Notes: generated from the sequence alone by a model not told the origin. Shown: positions 1 through 13,149, counted from the first letter of the whole stretch. The stretch is 63,216 bases of DNA, filler included, from Octopus bimaculoides (GCF_001194135.2; 5 parts of 5 records of this genome joined end to end with filler, not necessarily neighbours in it); one strand, 5' to 3'. Numbers and translations are program-made.

Positions 1-24
1 TATATATATACAAACACACACGTG

Positions 25-245
25 CATATATATGTACAGGACGTCAGCAAAGCAACAAGTGCAAATAACACGAAATACGTAAGCAACGAGAAAAAATGGA
101 AAACAGGATAAATAAACACAGAGAAAAAACCCGCCATCAGTTGTCAGCTCTAAATATACTTCTTATTTCAAGCATTCAACAAAAATATGAGTCTTCAAAG
201 ACAGTTTCTCCTATAAATTCTAAAATAAAATTATAGGATTTATGG
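25..245. repeat. Interspersed repeat fragment, possibly a Penelope-type terminal repeat
   Basis: Non-coding block after a (TA)/(CA) tract. Its minus strand carries acaactgatggcggg, similar to gctgatgaagaag at about 28620. Family assignment is from recall only. Confidence 0.3.
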
Positions 246-1199
246 AGGGTGAGATTTGGGTACAAAATAGTTTACTATCTTTCTTACTCTCGCTCTGTAT
301 CTGTTTCTCTCTCCCCACTTTGTTTTTTCTCTCACTCTCTATCGAGGGTGACGCCGAGTATCTCTGTTAGCATTAATTCAAACGAGGTAAGTACTAATAG
401 TGGGAAGGATAAATTCGTTGTTCAGCAGCAACGCATCTTTTTAGAAATAAGTGAGTCAGCACGTAGTTGACATTACTCGCGCCACCTGTAAAGAGGTGAA
501 GAAATATATGACAGGTTTTGCTGTTTTCTACACTCATTAATATAACACTTTTGTAATATCCACTATAAAATGCAATTAATTACTGCGAAAGAATGTATTG
601 AAAATATTAAATGTTGGTTGTTAACATGTCTTATTCTCTTTTTTTTTCTACCTACATAACTAATAAACGTGTAACATTACAATAAAAAACCGTTGAATGA
701 TATTGGTATATTTTTCATTTGGGAAAATAACATGAACTAAATTAATATTACACGAAATTTCATGACTTATTCTTTATCATATTGGATATCTGTATATAAG
801 TCACAATTTCCTGGAGTGTTTCGGTTGAGATTTGTTTGTTATGTTCTCGATTAGATATTGATCACACTGGTCACAAAATGAATGCTAGTTGCCAATAATA
901 TTCGAATGAACGTATGGTGAATATTACGTTCGACAACGGATAAATGGACACGAGAAGTTTCAATCTCTGAAAGAAAATATTTGAATATCGTGATTTGGAA
1001 TCAGCCATGCGAACTGCACCACATAGGAGGACAAGCACCATACTAGTATCTAACTCTCTGCCTGGCGTTCTTTGTTAGACGCTGAATAAGCGTAGACTTT
1101 GCAGTCTACCTTAGTTGAAAAGGAATATGAGGTAATTTATTTGACACCAAAGCAGCCTGCGAACAAATAAATTAATGAGTCACTCTCTCGAAGTAGCCC

Positions 1200-1920
1200 A
1201 CTGAGCTCTTAGCTGTCTTCACGAAATTTTGTTTCTGCAACTAGAAGTTACCATAACCGTCCATTGCGGTAGCGCACAGTCATTTTGTCTTTACTTATGT
1301 GACGATGAAGATCTCGTTCTGTGCAATACTGCCCATAAACTAGAAATCGGAATTCCAGAATATTGCCTGGCGTTTAAAAAAAAAAAATTGTTGCTAACTT
1401 CACAGAAAGATCTAAAATATGTTCCGTTAGAGAATGGGGAACGCTATGCAGGTTTAATAATTGCTCATTCAAATAAACTTCAGGATGGTATGTATAAAAA
1501 TATCAGTATCATCTTGCTAAAGCTTGATTAGGAGTATCTGTGATAACATTTTGGTAGCCTAAATATCGTGATTTTTTTGCTTAAAATGAAAAGTGGTTAC
1601 ACAAACTAATTCGGCCACAAATTTGAATATTAAAAAAAAATTACAAATATGTGTGTAAAAGGAGCGCGGAATTCCAGTACGTTATTGGTCCTGAAGACTC
1701 TACTTGTAGTCAATCATTGAAAAATTTCGGAGTAAAAAGGAAGTATTGAAGTATGAATAATTGGTCGAAAGAATGGTCCATTTCCTTATAAGTATGAGCA
1801 ATAAATTGAGTACAAAATTGCACCTTCTCCATAGCCACTTGCATAAATCTCCAGCAAATTCTGAATTGTTCAATGAGGAACTAATGGAGGTTACAGTAGT
1901 ACACAAGGGTGTTAAGAAGA
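1200..1920 (+). pseudogene. Decayed DNA-transposon transposase, Chapaev/CMC-like
   Basis: ORFs 1229-1531 (LKYVPLENGERYAGLIIAHSNKLQDGMYKNI) and 1761-1991 (KLHLLHSHLHKSPAN) match in order the recalled motifs SLKxVLLHNGNxYASxPIAHS...LKExYxN and MSxKxHFLHSHLxxFPxN. Stops and frameshifts are present; no TIRs found. Confidence 0.55.
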
Positions 1921-2397
1921 AAGAGATTAATATAGCACAAACTAATGATTTCCCTCTAACGCTGAAAAGTTCATATTGTGTGTCTTATTGAAACGGTCAA
2001 TGGAACAAAATAGATACGGTGTTTTGAAGAATCAATATATCCTTAATTAGCCAAAGGTTTTGTGTTCATTTCTTCATAATTTCTCGTGTTTCAATATGGA
2101 GCATCATTTTACGTTTTATGTTAACATATGTTGGTGCTTTATAAGAAAACGTATTTGTAATTACTTTTAAGTACATTCAATGATTTCATGCATAAAAATC
2201 AGTCTAGCAGCTATCGTATATAATAACACGTCCAGGGGATCTTAATGTTAATAATAGTAAATTGTCGAAGATGATCTCTTCCATTCTGACAAAAAAACTG
2301 GAGTCAATCTAGGAAAAGTAATGCCATATTCAGAATGAGCAGACCAAACTTATCCTAATATTATTTCAATATCTTTGGCAACGGAAATTGTGTGACT

Positions 2398-2538
2398 ATA
2401 CGTACACACATACATACATACATACATACATACATATGTATATATATATATATATGTGCGTGTGTGTGAATGTATGTATGTTTATACACACACACACATA
2501 CGCACACGCGCACATACACACACGCACACATACACACA

Positions 2539-2584
<46 letters not shown>

Positions 2585-2777
2585 NNNNNNNNNNNNNNNN
2601 NNNNNNNNNNNNNNNNNNNNNNNNNNNNNNNNNNNNNNNNNNNNNNNNNNNNNNNNNNNNNNNNNNNNNNNNNNNNNNNNNNNNNNNNNNNNNNNNNNNN
2701 NNNNNNNNNNNNNNNNNNNNNNNNNNNNNNNNNNNNNNNNNNNNNNNNNNNNNNNNNNNNNNNNNNNNNNNNNNNNN

Positions 2778-2808
<31 letters not shown>
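2398..2808. repeat. Compound microsatellite (TACA)n/(TA)n/(CA)n around a gap
   Basis: Seen directly. Explains the ORF-track entries at 2361-2896. Confidence 0.95.
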
Positions 2809-2811
<3 letters not shown>

Positions 2812-3129
2812 CAAACAATCATGGATATATTTAGAAATTATCTTTAATTATGTCATTGTTTTAACACATGGTACTCTCCGTAATCGAAACTTGTAGAATA
2901 TCCGCGTCTTCTATCCTTTGCTCATGTTTGGAAAACCTAAAAATCCCATGATTCTAATTGTATCTATCCCGTAACATTTCAATGTTATTGTCTTTCATTC
3001 CATTGCAAGTAAAATGATTCAGAACTTTAACAAGTCGTTCACAATCTACTAGGCTGAATAAGTATCATCTGAATACAGTATCACTCAACAGACGCAAGTC
3101 TAAATTCATAACATACCTAACTAGCGAGC

Positions 3130-3230
3130 AAGACTAACATCTTACCAGCTTTATGCTCATGATATTGTATTGATTAGGCATTGAAACTTACGTAGTCTCC
3201 AACAAATACTAAATATATTGTATCTGATGA
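3130..3230 (+). pseudogene. Tiny non-LTR RT relic (YADD region)
   Basis: ctttatgctcatgatattgtattgatt translates LYAHDIVLI, followed by LQQILNIL, resembling LYADDIVL...LQxMLN. Confidence 0.35.
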
Positions 3231-6200
3231 GGTGGGAGACGTAGTTCCTCATTGTTACCAAACTGATTATATTAACAAAACACTGTGCCTCATTGATTAA
3301 TGAAATTAATCATTCGGTGAAGCATTAAGCAGTGTTATATCTACGGTTGTCCCTAGGGAATTTAATTATTCATCCCTATAATTACGCAATGAACACTTGC
3401 TTTATGCCCGCATACTGAGCTTCAGAATATGCAGATCATATCTAAGGCCAGAGGTAGAACTACTGGAATTAGAATGGTAATTATTTGTCAAATTGAAGAA
3501 TTATAAAAATTATTTCAGATCATTTCAACGATTTTAGGCGTATGCCGAACACAGGGAAGAAAAATACAATTTGCATTGAACTATGTAAACCCCATTTTTT
3601 ATTAATATACATAGAGTCACGTGGTTTCAATATTGCATTTATACATTTCGTAATTAATTCAATAAATATTGAAATGAATAAACTGAACCAAATGTAATAT
3701 CAATAATACTAAACGATTATTTTCGTTTGGTTCACAATTCCTCTTTAATAACAAATTCGATCAAATATATTGTGCGCATTTTGTTTTATTCTGAAAAAAT
3801 GTAATCAAAATTAATTACTGAAATAATTAAAAACATAGAAATGAATCGAAAAGTGTCAGAATATATAAGGAATAATTGCAAATTTGTTTATTTATATATT
3901 AAGGGATGGTACCAATGTCTTGCGAGGTTAATTCTCTTTATAATTACTAACATCAATCTGATTTATATCAAACTACATCCACTCTGTAATTGAATTTATA
4001 ATGTTAAATTTTGAAACGGTGCGAAGGAAACCGAAGTCGAATGGAATTAATTTAAATTAATTGATATTAATCATAATGGGCTATTGAACTTGATTTACAA
4101 CATTTTCTTATTAACATAACTCTAAGAACAAACACTGAATGAACAAATATTCCAAATAGAATACCAGCATTTTTGTCGTGAGACGTCAGTTTACCAAATT
4201 AAAAACAACGTTGACTTTTTTTTATCCTTCTAGTAGCTAGTGTTGTGCATATATAATTGAATATATCTTTTCGAGAATATATATATAAAATTTAACATAA
4301 ACAGCTTGCTGAAAATACTCATTATCGATAGGAATTTTGAAAGGCGAAAGTATAGTTGTCTAGAGTAACACAATACGTTTGCTCTTTACATATTCTTGTT
4401 CGTATGTACGTATGTACGTATGTATCTATGTATGTACGCATGAATGTACGTATATATATANNNNNNNNNNNNNNNNNNNNNNNNNNNNNNNNNNNNNNNN
4501 NNNNNNNNNNNNNNNNNNNNNNNNNNNNNNNNNNNNNNNNNNNNNNNNNNNNNNNNNNNNNNNNNNNNNNNNNNNNNNNNNNNNNNNNNNNNNNNNNNNN
4601 NNNNNNNNNNNNNNNNNNNNNNNNNNNNNNNNNNNNNNNNNNNNNNNNNNNNNNNNNNNNNNNNNNNNNNNNNNNNNNNNNNNNNNNNNATTCTCGTGTA
4701 AATACACCTCCATATTCATATATACGCATTTACACACATATACAAGCACTTCGTGAAATAATAATATTACCCCAAAAAGTAAATCTGTCATGAGTAGTTT
4801 TATTGAAAAATTGTAGGTGAATATCAGTCTGGACATGTATTATTATTCTTAGAATTTTAAGCATTAATATTTAGAAAATTACATACTTAGGATATTTATC
4901 CGCCCTAAGTAAATCAAAATTGCAAACTAAAGTTATGTTTATGTTTTACCTTATTCAGAGATAAAACTAAATTTAATAGTTGGTATAGGATTATCCAAAC
5001 ATTAAACATTGATGTATTGATCTGTACTTGTATAGAGAGCAGACACACGATACAGGCTATTTGATAGCAAGCGAAATCATCAGAAGAAAAAAATGCCGCT
5101 AACATGTGATTCAGCTCGTTAGTTCCTGACACTCTAAGAGAACCGAGCCAACCTAGGTAGTGCCTTGCTGTTATTAAATGACACGTTCTGTGGGGATTGA
5201 ACTATAAAGTTTTAGTTAAGCTTATTGCTCAACTGCTAAGAACACCGGAGTGATTTTTTTAAAACTGGGTTACTTTCCTTCTATGTTTAGCTGATTGCTG
5301 CTTCCTGTATCCCTTTCAGTTCCCCCTCTACTCTGTTTTGACACGTAATCACATTTAGGTTCTCTTAGTTATCCCTGACAAGTATTTCATTACTCCAAAT
5401 ATACCGTCTTGTTAGTTGTCCTGGGACACTGTACGACAAAATACCTAGTCATGATATAATTAATACTATTTTGATATTGGTGAAATAAAGTACGTAAATG
5501 GGAGGGCAACTTCAAGGTATAAAACATATGATAAGCATGATAATTTACTGTAATCAAAAACTAATTTTATATTTTAATTGTTGTCAACCATTAATTTTAT
5601 TTTAATCATTTTATACTTTTATAGATTTCAGTCGTATACAACACTTATATCTACCATCAAAAATCCTGGTCTTATTAGGTTCTTCCGAAAATTTCTGGAA
5701 TATAATCAATAAAATCCAGAACATTTTCTTTGTTATTCTTTACTTTACTATTTATTCCGTGGTAGTAATAACAGAATTTGGCCCGATTAAATTTTCTGCT
5801 ATCTAGGGTTCTTCTATGCAAGTTGCCTCCAAATTTAAAAGCTGTGGCTGTTTTTTCTTCATCTAGCAAATCGATTGGAATCATTTTGTTCGACACAGAA
5901 ATTTAACACTGCACATTTTCATATTTAAAACACGTAAAGCAAATTTGTGGGATGGGATTTATTACCATAAACGCTCTAGCAGCGTATAATAGAAATACTT
6001 TTGTTACTTTAGTCCTTTATATTTGGCAAGTGAAAACCAAAATAAATTGTTATGATTTTGTACTTGAGGTATCTAAATTTCCTAGAAATGGTTTATCGAC
6101 ATTTCTCACTTGCTAGATAAATGACTAATAATAAATTAAAATAAATTATAGGTTGTTTCTCTTCGTCGGCTTTAAATATGAATAATTATAAAATACGCCA

Positions 6201-6559
6201 TGTATCTCCAAGCAAATTTGAAGCTTTGTTTATGCTTTAGATACATTTCAAATCCTTTGACGTTGTACAATGAGAAAATAAGATGTAACGTGAAGAGCTA
6301 TGCGAAGCAGATTGAGGTAAGCAATGGAAGACAAAAGGTAAAAAAAAGAAATGCAAAAACCACGATTAATGCAGATGGTAGAGAAAGATAAGTGAACAAG
6401 TGTCAATGTCTGCGTTACAGCAACTCCGTATATAATGAGTTTTCAAAAGAAACCTATCCATAGGATCACACCTGATAAAATTTGCAGATCTGGAATTACG
6501 CAGTCTGATGGAGTTCTTGGATCTTATAGGAATGTGAGATATTTCTGCTAAAGTGTATA

Positions 6560-6995
6560 TCTTCGATATAAGTTGTATATTTTCGTATATTTTTTCTGGG
6601 AAGAATCACACGATAGATTAATGAATTTCTTGCATTTCAGTGACAGTCATACTAAAACATATGGCTTTAAATCCAACATAAAATTTACATCTAGTTTTTC
6701 AAAATCTAGCGTTGAATTGTTGGACACAAAGGTCATGTTTCCTGGAAGCAGAATAGTGAGTGAGCTATTTTGCAAGCCCACATCATCCGACATTCATCTC
6801 CACCACTGCACCAATCTTCCATATCATATTAATCGGTCAAATCCGAAATCCCAGTTTTTGAAAATAAAACGGATTTGTACTGACATAGGAGATTACTGGA
6901 AATATGCAAATGCCTTTGTATGTCATTATATCAAACGCGGTTACAGTGAATCTCGATTAAGGGAAATGGCAAATGTCGAAAGGGATCTGGGGTGA
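6560..6995 (+). mobile_element. Penelope-like element fragment: RT C-terminal half and thumb
   Basis: ORF 6573-6995: IKFTSSFSKSSVELLDTKV...SELFCKPTSSDIHLHHCTNLPYHINRSNPKSQFLKIKRICT...YIKRGYS, matching the PLE pattern IKFT..S...FLD..LY.KPT...YLH..S.HP......SQF.R.RRIC...GY. Confidence 0.8.
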
Positions 6996-6999
6996 TGAG

Positions 7000-8590
7000 A
7001 AACCAAACAATGAAAAGGCAGACTGTATCAAAAGCACCTAAGATGCCTACAAAATTCTACAAGAACAGGTATAGAAAGACATCTCAATCGCCTACTTAAG
7101 GAGGGCATTAACGAAGGCTAATAAATGGAAATCCCCTGGTATTGATAGAGTACCAAATGTCTGGCTCTGATCACCCTTGTCTGCAAACAAAATGTTAGTA
7201 ATACTATTTAACAGTATTATGAAACCATAACCCTAACCCTAACCCTAAACCTCCCCATTGGATGGCAAATGGTATTACTTAACTCCTCCCGAAAACTAAC
7301 GAGACCAAAGACCCGAAAACCTACCGGCCTATAACATGCTTGTCTACTACCTATAAGATTTTGACATCTATTCTAGTGGAACAATACATATACGTTTATG
7401 AAAGAGAATAACCTCTTTTTCACTGCACAAAAAGGATTCAGACGAGGCTCATACGGATGCACAGATCAGCTCCTAGTTGATTGCATGTTCCTTGAGAACT
7501 GCCATAACAAGTCAGGAAATCTCAGCTCTTCATGGACTGATTATAAAAAAAAGCCTTTGAGACCATGCCACATTCGTGGATTCTGAAATCGTTGGACATT
7601 ATCAAAATTTCTCCTGTGATTTTAGATTTTTAAAGTATATGTTACTATGGGGCACGAAGCTCCAATTATATCATTCTAAGTATGTGGCCCGTAGCAAACA
7701 AGCTGATGTCGACCAGAAACACATGCGCCAGTGGTTACGAAGCTCAGGGCTAAAAGCAAGGAGTGAAGGTTTCATATTAGCTGCTCAAGACCAAAGATTA
7801 TTAACCCGGAACTACCAAGCCAATGTGATAAGAAATAGAGCTGACCAAAAATGACAATTCTGTAACAATGAGATTGAAACTATAGACCACCTAATCTCAG
7901 GGTGTAGAAGTCTAGCACCTGTAGAATATAAAGCAAGACATGACAGAATCGGCCAGTATTTACATTGGACAATATGTCGGTATTATAAAGTCAAAACCGC
8001 TGACAAATGGTATAAACACCATCCTGAAGCTGTGACTGAGGAAGAAAATGTATCGATTCTCTGGGACGTCCCTGTACATACGAACAAAGCTACACAAGCT
8101 AATAAACCGGATATTATTATAAAATATCAAACAAAGAAGATGTGTTTATTAATTGACATGAGTATTCCTTGCGATCATCATATAGCGGTGAAAGAATTTT
8201 ACAAGATCAGTAAATATAAAGACTTGCTAATAGAAACTGAAATAAAATGTGGCACCTCAAGGCGACTACCATACCAGTCATTGTAGGATCTCTAGGAAAG
8301 ATAAAAAAGAGATACTGAAACCTATCTGAAAATGATACCAGGCTTACCATCCCTACAGGAAGTGCAAAAAAGTCGTGTTAACTGGAACGACTCATGTACT
8401 GAGAAAAGCATTATCGCTGTGAAAACAACATCCATTCATGAATTTATTAATTATTTTTTTTTAAATACATATTTTACCTGTGCATTTGCGTGTATAAACT
8501 GGGAATGCATACAATGAACTTCTCTGCCCAAGGCGTACGGAAGCACTCGGCGAGAAATGGAAAATATGAAGAAAGAAGAAAAAATAACAA
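7000..8590 (+). mobile_element. R4/Dong-like non-LTR retrotransposon relic with internal deletion of the RT C-half
   Basis: KWKSPGIDRVPNVWL, YRPITCLST, ENNLF..QKGFRRGSYGCTDQL, SWTDYKKA (RT). It then jumps near 7660-7690 to EGFILAAQDQRLLTRNY, C..ETIDHLISGC (CCHC), ILWDVPV...KPDIII...CLLIDMSIP (PD-(D/E)xK REL nuclease) and LPSLQEVQK. An (AAT)n tract follows at the gap. Confidence 0.9.
7228..7251 (+). repeat. Short interstitial telomeric-type repeat (TAACCC)3 plus a partial unit
   Basis: taaccctaaccctaaccctaaacc interrupts otherwise collinear RT-derived sequence. Confidence 0.7.
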
Positions 8591-8694
8591 CNNNNNNNNN
8601 NNNNNNNNNNNNNNNNNNNNNNNNNNNNNNNNNNNNNNNNNNNNNNNNNNNNNNNNNNNNNNNNNNNNNNNNNNNNNNNNNNNNNNNNNNNNNN

Positions 8695-8746
<52 letters not shown>

Positions 8747-8749
8747 GAC

Positions 8750-9975
8750 AAGGCAAAGAGCGCAATGCGATTGAAATAGATATTTTATTTGTGAACGATA
8801 TTTCGACTGCCAGCCTGTTTTATTCGAGTTCAAAATACAAAGTGATAAAAGTTTAAAATAATAGAAATTCAAATCAAAATTAAGAACGAGTGCAACCTGC
8901 ATCCGCTAGTTGACGGAATAACATCATTAGTCTTTAATTTTTAATTTTATTACCATCGAAAAAAAAAAGCAAAACTTGGAAAGGAAAAAGAAGAATATCC
9001 AATGGAAAGTTTTGTATAGAGTTGATGATATTCTCCTGTCATTTTATTCACTCCTCCAGGGCGTGATATTAATAATCTGCAAAAAATATTTCTTCTGATG
9101 CATATTTCGTACTGAATCCAGTTTCAGAATATTATCTGAGAATATGCACCTACAGATCTTTTAAACAATTGCAGCCGTTTGGTGTAAAATGTTCAGCAAG
9201 TCCTGTCGAATTATTGTTATTGTGGCTGACGTCATGTCTATGCCGATTAAATCTTTTGTTTAATTGTCCTGTTGCATAACCAATATAAATCAAGTCGTAT
9301 TTCGTACTATCTGCCGCGTAAACCAAATGGGAATCTCTACGTATCGCATATGCTGTATACATCATAACATTTCTGTTATGATTCATGGTGCACTTCACTT
9401 GACTACTGTTGTTGCACAAACAACAGGGCTTACCTGTCTTGCAACGGTCTTTCAAGGTACAGCGCAAATGATCCAATGTCAATTTTGGTGGGAGTCAGAA
9501 TTGGTGGTCAATAGTTCTCTTATATTTTTATTCTGTCTAAAATCTACAATAGGCAGCTGAAGATATATGCTTAAATCGAGGATATTTTTTCGCAATAGGC
9601 TGGTAACTTTCATGCAATACTTTTGAAATGCAAGCGAACTTTCGGTGCCAGTTAATCACTAAAGGAATTCTTTCACAAGATATTCCAGTAGTCCTTGCGG
9701 ACGTCCATCCCGAATATTATGTGCATAGGAATTGTGATTCTTTTCAATCCAATTATGCCAGATTCGATCATCTTCATTTTTATTGTCAGTAAGCATAGGG
9801 TTTTCTGACTCCACTTAACATTTTTTCCAAAAATTATTCCTTCAACTTGTGACGACGTACAAATTGAAATAGCCCTTGAGCTAATTTATCATTGACAAAA
9901 TTCTTAGTGTTTGGGCAGAAATTTAGTCAGAGCACCAAGCATGAGAGATTTTCGGGTGAAAATTTTAGTTTAGAT
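8750..9975 (-). mobile_element. Penelope-like element (Neptune-like), internally deleted: N-terminus, linker, GIY-YIG endonuclease and 3' terminal repeat
   Basis: ORF 9150-9482: CKTGKPCCLC...HLVYAADSTKYDLIYIGYATGQLNKRFNRHR...GLAEHF (GIY-YIG with an upstream Cys cluster). Linker RIPLVINWH...FRQNKNIRELL. The N-terminal block is homologous to 10150-10470. The RT is absent. Confidence 0.8.
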
Positions 9976-10144
9976 AAATATATGACCGACCGTACTTGGG
10001 CAAGTGGTTTTCAGAGTCTCATTACATTTCTGACTACTTTTGGGGTTTTGCTAGAAATCTTCACTAAAATCATGGAACATATTGGGTGATAAAATATGTT
10101 CTGAATATTCATGCAAGAAATCAAAATTTTCGTCGTCTTTCTTG

Positions 10145-12200
10145 GAGAATCTAAACTGAAACTTTCACACGACGGTGTCTCAGTCTTGGAGCTTGGATGA
10201 GTTTCTGCACAAGCACTAAAAATTTCGACAGGAATAAACTAGCTCAATGGCTATTTCAGTTTGTCCGGCGTTACAGGCTGTAGGTATGTTTTTTTTTTTT
10301 GTTTTTTTTTTTTGCAAAACCTCTATACTAGGAGTCAGAAAAGCCTATGCCTATTGAAAAGGAAAATGATGACGGTCGAATCTGGCATTATTGGAATGAA
10401 AAGAATCCCAATTGTAATCCAAATAAATTTCGGAATGGAGCTCGCAAGCACTAATGGAATTTCTTGAATCTTATCAGACAAGTGGAAAGAAGTCCTGGAA
10501 TACACTCACAATTAAACAATTAAATACAATCAAAATACAATTAGATACAATTATAAGAAGTGAAGAGAAGTCCTGGAATACACTCACAAATTCCCAACGT
10601 TACACACTTCGATATTTACCTCATAGCCTTTCTATTGTTATTAGAAAGTCGGATAAGCGAGTCGCAATCGTAATTACTTCCAAAAGTGAGTATATTTCGG
10701 CTGGTAAATAAGTTTTAAATGACTAAAATTCTTATGAGTAATTATCTGTCTTTCCAAATACCCTAATTACACAGAGGAAATTGTCAAAATAATCCTGGAA
10801 ATAGAGGAAAGCAATTTCATTAATAAGGCCGAATCCAGGATATTGTGGTCAAACGAAACACCTGTACTTTATGGTCTTCCTAAAATACATAAAATGTTCG
10901 AAATATTTCCTCTAATGAACCCAATTTGCAGCTGCTTTGATTGTTGTACAGCCAACATTTCGGAATGGCTTGATGACTTTCTACTGATGTTGCAAAAAGA
11001 TCGAGTTCTTATATTCGAGATACGTTTTATTTTTCTAAAATCAACAACATTTTTAAGCGACGTAGCCATTCGAAAACGGTTTATGTTTAACCCTGGATGT
11101 TCCTTCCTTACGTCCCAATATTGGCCACGAAGATGGGGTAGAAGTATGCATGAATGCCTTCGAAAAATTGTCAAACAAAAGAAGTCCATTAAATTTTCTC
11201 TGTAGTCTATTGAGGGACGCTGTTTTACAAAAAAACACAGTGAGGTTTGGACAAAAAAAAAATTAACCATAATAACCTCGTGGCAGTTAACATCGCTAAT
11301 GTCTTAATAATGAAATTCGAGACACAATTACGGAAGGAATTCAAATTCCTAGATGGCCATGAACCAATACTCTGGTTAAATATCCTAACGTTGGAGTATC
11401 TGCACGCTATACATTGAAAAAAAACAGCTGCAAGGGAGGTAAGCTCTGTTCATTGTACAACAACAGTAGTCTAGTGAATTCCATCAGGTGTCATAACAGA
11501 AATGCTATGATTTATGCAGGAGCTGCGACATATAGAGTTTCTCACTTAGTGTACGCGGTAGAATGCACGAAACACAATTTGATTTATGTTGGTTATACAA
11601 CAGAACAATTAATCGAAAGATTTAATGGGTACAGATATGATGTCAGGCAGAATAGTTTTATTTTGACGGAACGTGCCTAACATTTTGCATCAAACGGCTG
11701 CAATTTTGAAAAAAAGACTAGTGCCCAGTTTCAGAAAATATTCTGAATCTGCTTCACTTTCATTACTCACAATGCATTATAAGAAATATGTTTGCGGGTC
11801 ATGAACATCACCCCCTGGAGGAATGAATAAAATAACAGGAAAATAGTAGCAAATTTATACAAAAATGTTCCAGTAAATATCCTTTTACTTTTACTTTTTC
11901 TTTCCGTTTTTTCTCTCTCTTTTCTGTCTTTTTCGTTTCGCCAGTTATAAAATTGAAACTTAAAGACTGATGATGTAATTCCATGAGTGTATGAATGCTA
12001 GTTACTCTCGTTCATGCTTTAAATTTTAAGTTCAATAATTTTGAAATCTTTTCACTATGTCTTTTCTTTTTTGTTTTTTTTTTGTTTTTTTGCAAAGAGA
12101 GGATGGCAGTCGTAATATCGTTCAATCCAAAAAATATCTACTGGAATTGCATCGAACTCTTCGTCTTGTTTCTTTACATTTGTGAAGGCTTACTTCAATC
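10145..12200 (+). mobile_element. Penelope-like element (Neptune-like): N-terminus, RT 5' half, GIY-YIG endonuclease and 3' terminal repeat
   Basis: SIVIRKSDKRVAIVI (10454-10711), TPVLYGLPKIHK...NPICS..CCTANISEWLDDFL (10843-), NIANVLIMKFE, then HLVYAVECTKHNLIYVGYTTEQLIERFNGYR (11414-11680). Many stops and frameshifts; the thumb is deleted. Confidence 0.85.
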
Positions 12201-12254
12201 CTTCTAAAATATAACAACAACAAGAATAGTAATAATAATGATGATGATAATAAC

Positions 12255-12580
12255 AATAAACACATAAACAACTATGACAATTTAAAGTGGGAAACATGAA
12301 GGTTGTGGCCAATGAAGAGAGTATACGTGATAGCAATAGAAATTGGTGCACTTAGAAATATCAGCAATCAACTGCCAACATTGCTGAAAAAGATTGGTAC
12401 AAGTGTGAAGGTAGAACACCTACAAAATCAGCATTGCATATAACTATATGAATTATTCACAGGGTTCTTGAAGCATAACTAGTAAACAAGTGTCAACTTA
12501 GTCTTCCGGCTGTGGACAGCTGAAACTTTCCATCGTAATCAGCATAGTAATCAGTGAGTTTTCATATAATAATAATAACA
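12255..12580 (+). mobile_element. 5'-truncated R4/Dong-like 3' end
   Basis: Translates YDNLKWE..RLWPMKRVYVIAIEIGALRNIS..LKKIG..VEHLQKSAL...IIHRVLEA*. It lies between AAT-rich tracts. Confidence 0.75.
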
Positions 12581-13050
12581 ACCCTGATGCAATTCCAGAG
12601 ACTGGCTCCCATTGCTTCTGAGATTAACTGATTGGAAGTGTTATCATGTGCCCAATACCACAAATTTGCTAGTCCGTTATTTGACTTTAACAACTTGAGC
12701 TTGTCCCTTAGTGGCTGCCGATTGGTGAATCTCTGTTCACGAGCAGACGTAGCGGGAGAGCATCATGGCATGCATGGGTGTTTTGGTCATCCTTAAATCA
12801 AACCTTAGCTATTGACATTATGAATGGGATTGGCAACTCGACCTGAAGAAAGTTCTGATATGGGCCATTCCTACACGATCATGTGATGTTTATCTTGGTG
12901 TGAGATCACCATGTCGCGCACATATTTGGTGTGATGCCTGTACCTTGTGTACACTTATCGAATGTGTAGTCATGTTGTGTATATTAGGATTCCTATATTT
13001 GTACACCATTGTAACTTTGATGCTATGCGCTGCTGTCTCATTCAATAATA

Positions 13051-13093
<43 letters not shown>

Positions 13094-13100
13094 CGATGAT
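12580..13100 (+). repeat. Non-coding interspersed repeat starting and ending in (AAT)/(GAT)n, possibly non-autonomous and Dong-mobilised
   Basis: A GC-richer block begins right after ataataataataac and ends caataataatgatgatg(atg)n. It resembles a repeat I recall from octopus; the mobilisation is inference. Confidence 0.45.
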
Positions 13101-13149
13101 GTTCTTTTAACTGATTGAAATGAGTATGCCCTGTGACTATAATATATCG

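Noticed and set aside
5675-5896. 73-aa ORF as a host exon
   Set aside because: No identifiable homology; at most a faint resemblance to an RT FIDxxKAFD region, too weak to call.
11960-12010. ctgatga in the PLE 3' region as a second ribozyme
   Set aside because: No GAAA at the right position and weak stems; the paralogous copy has ctaatga and does not restore the fold.
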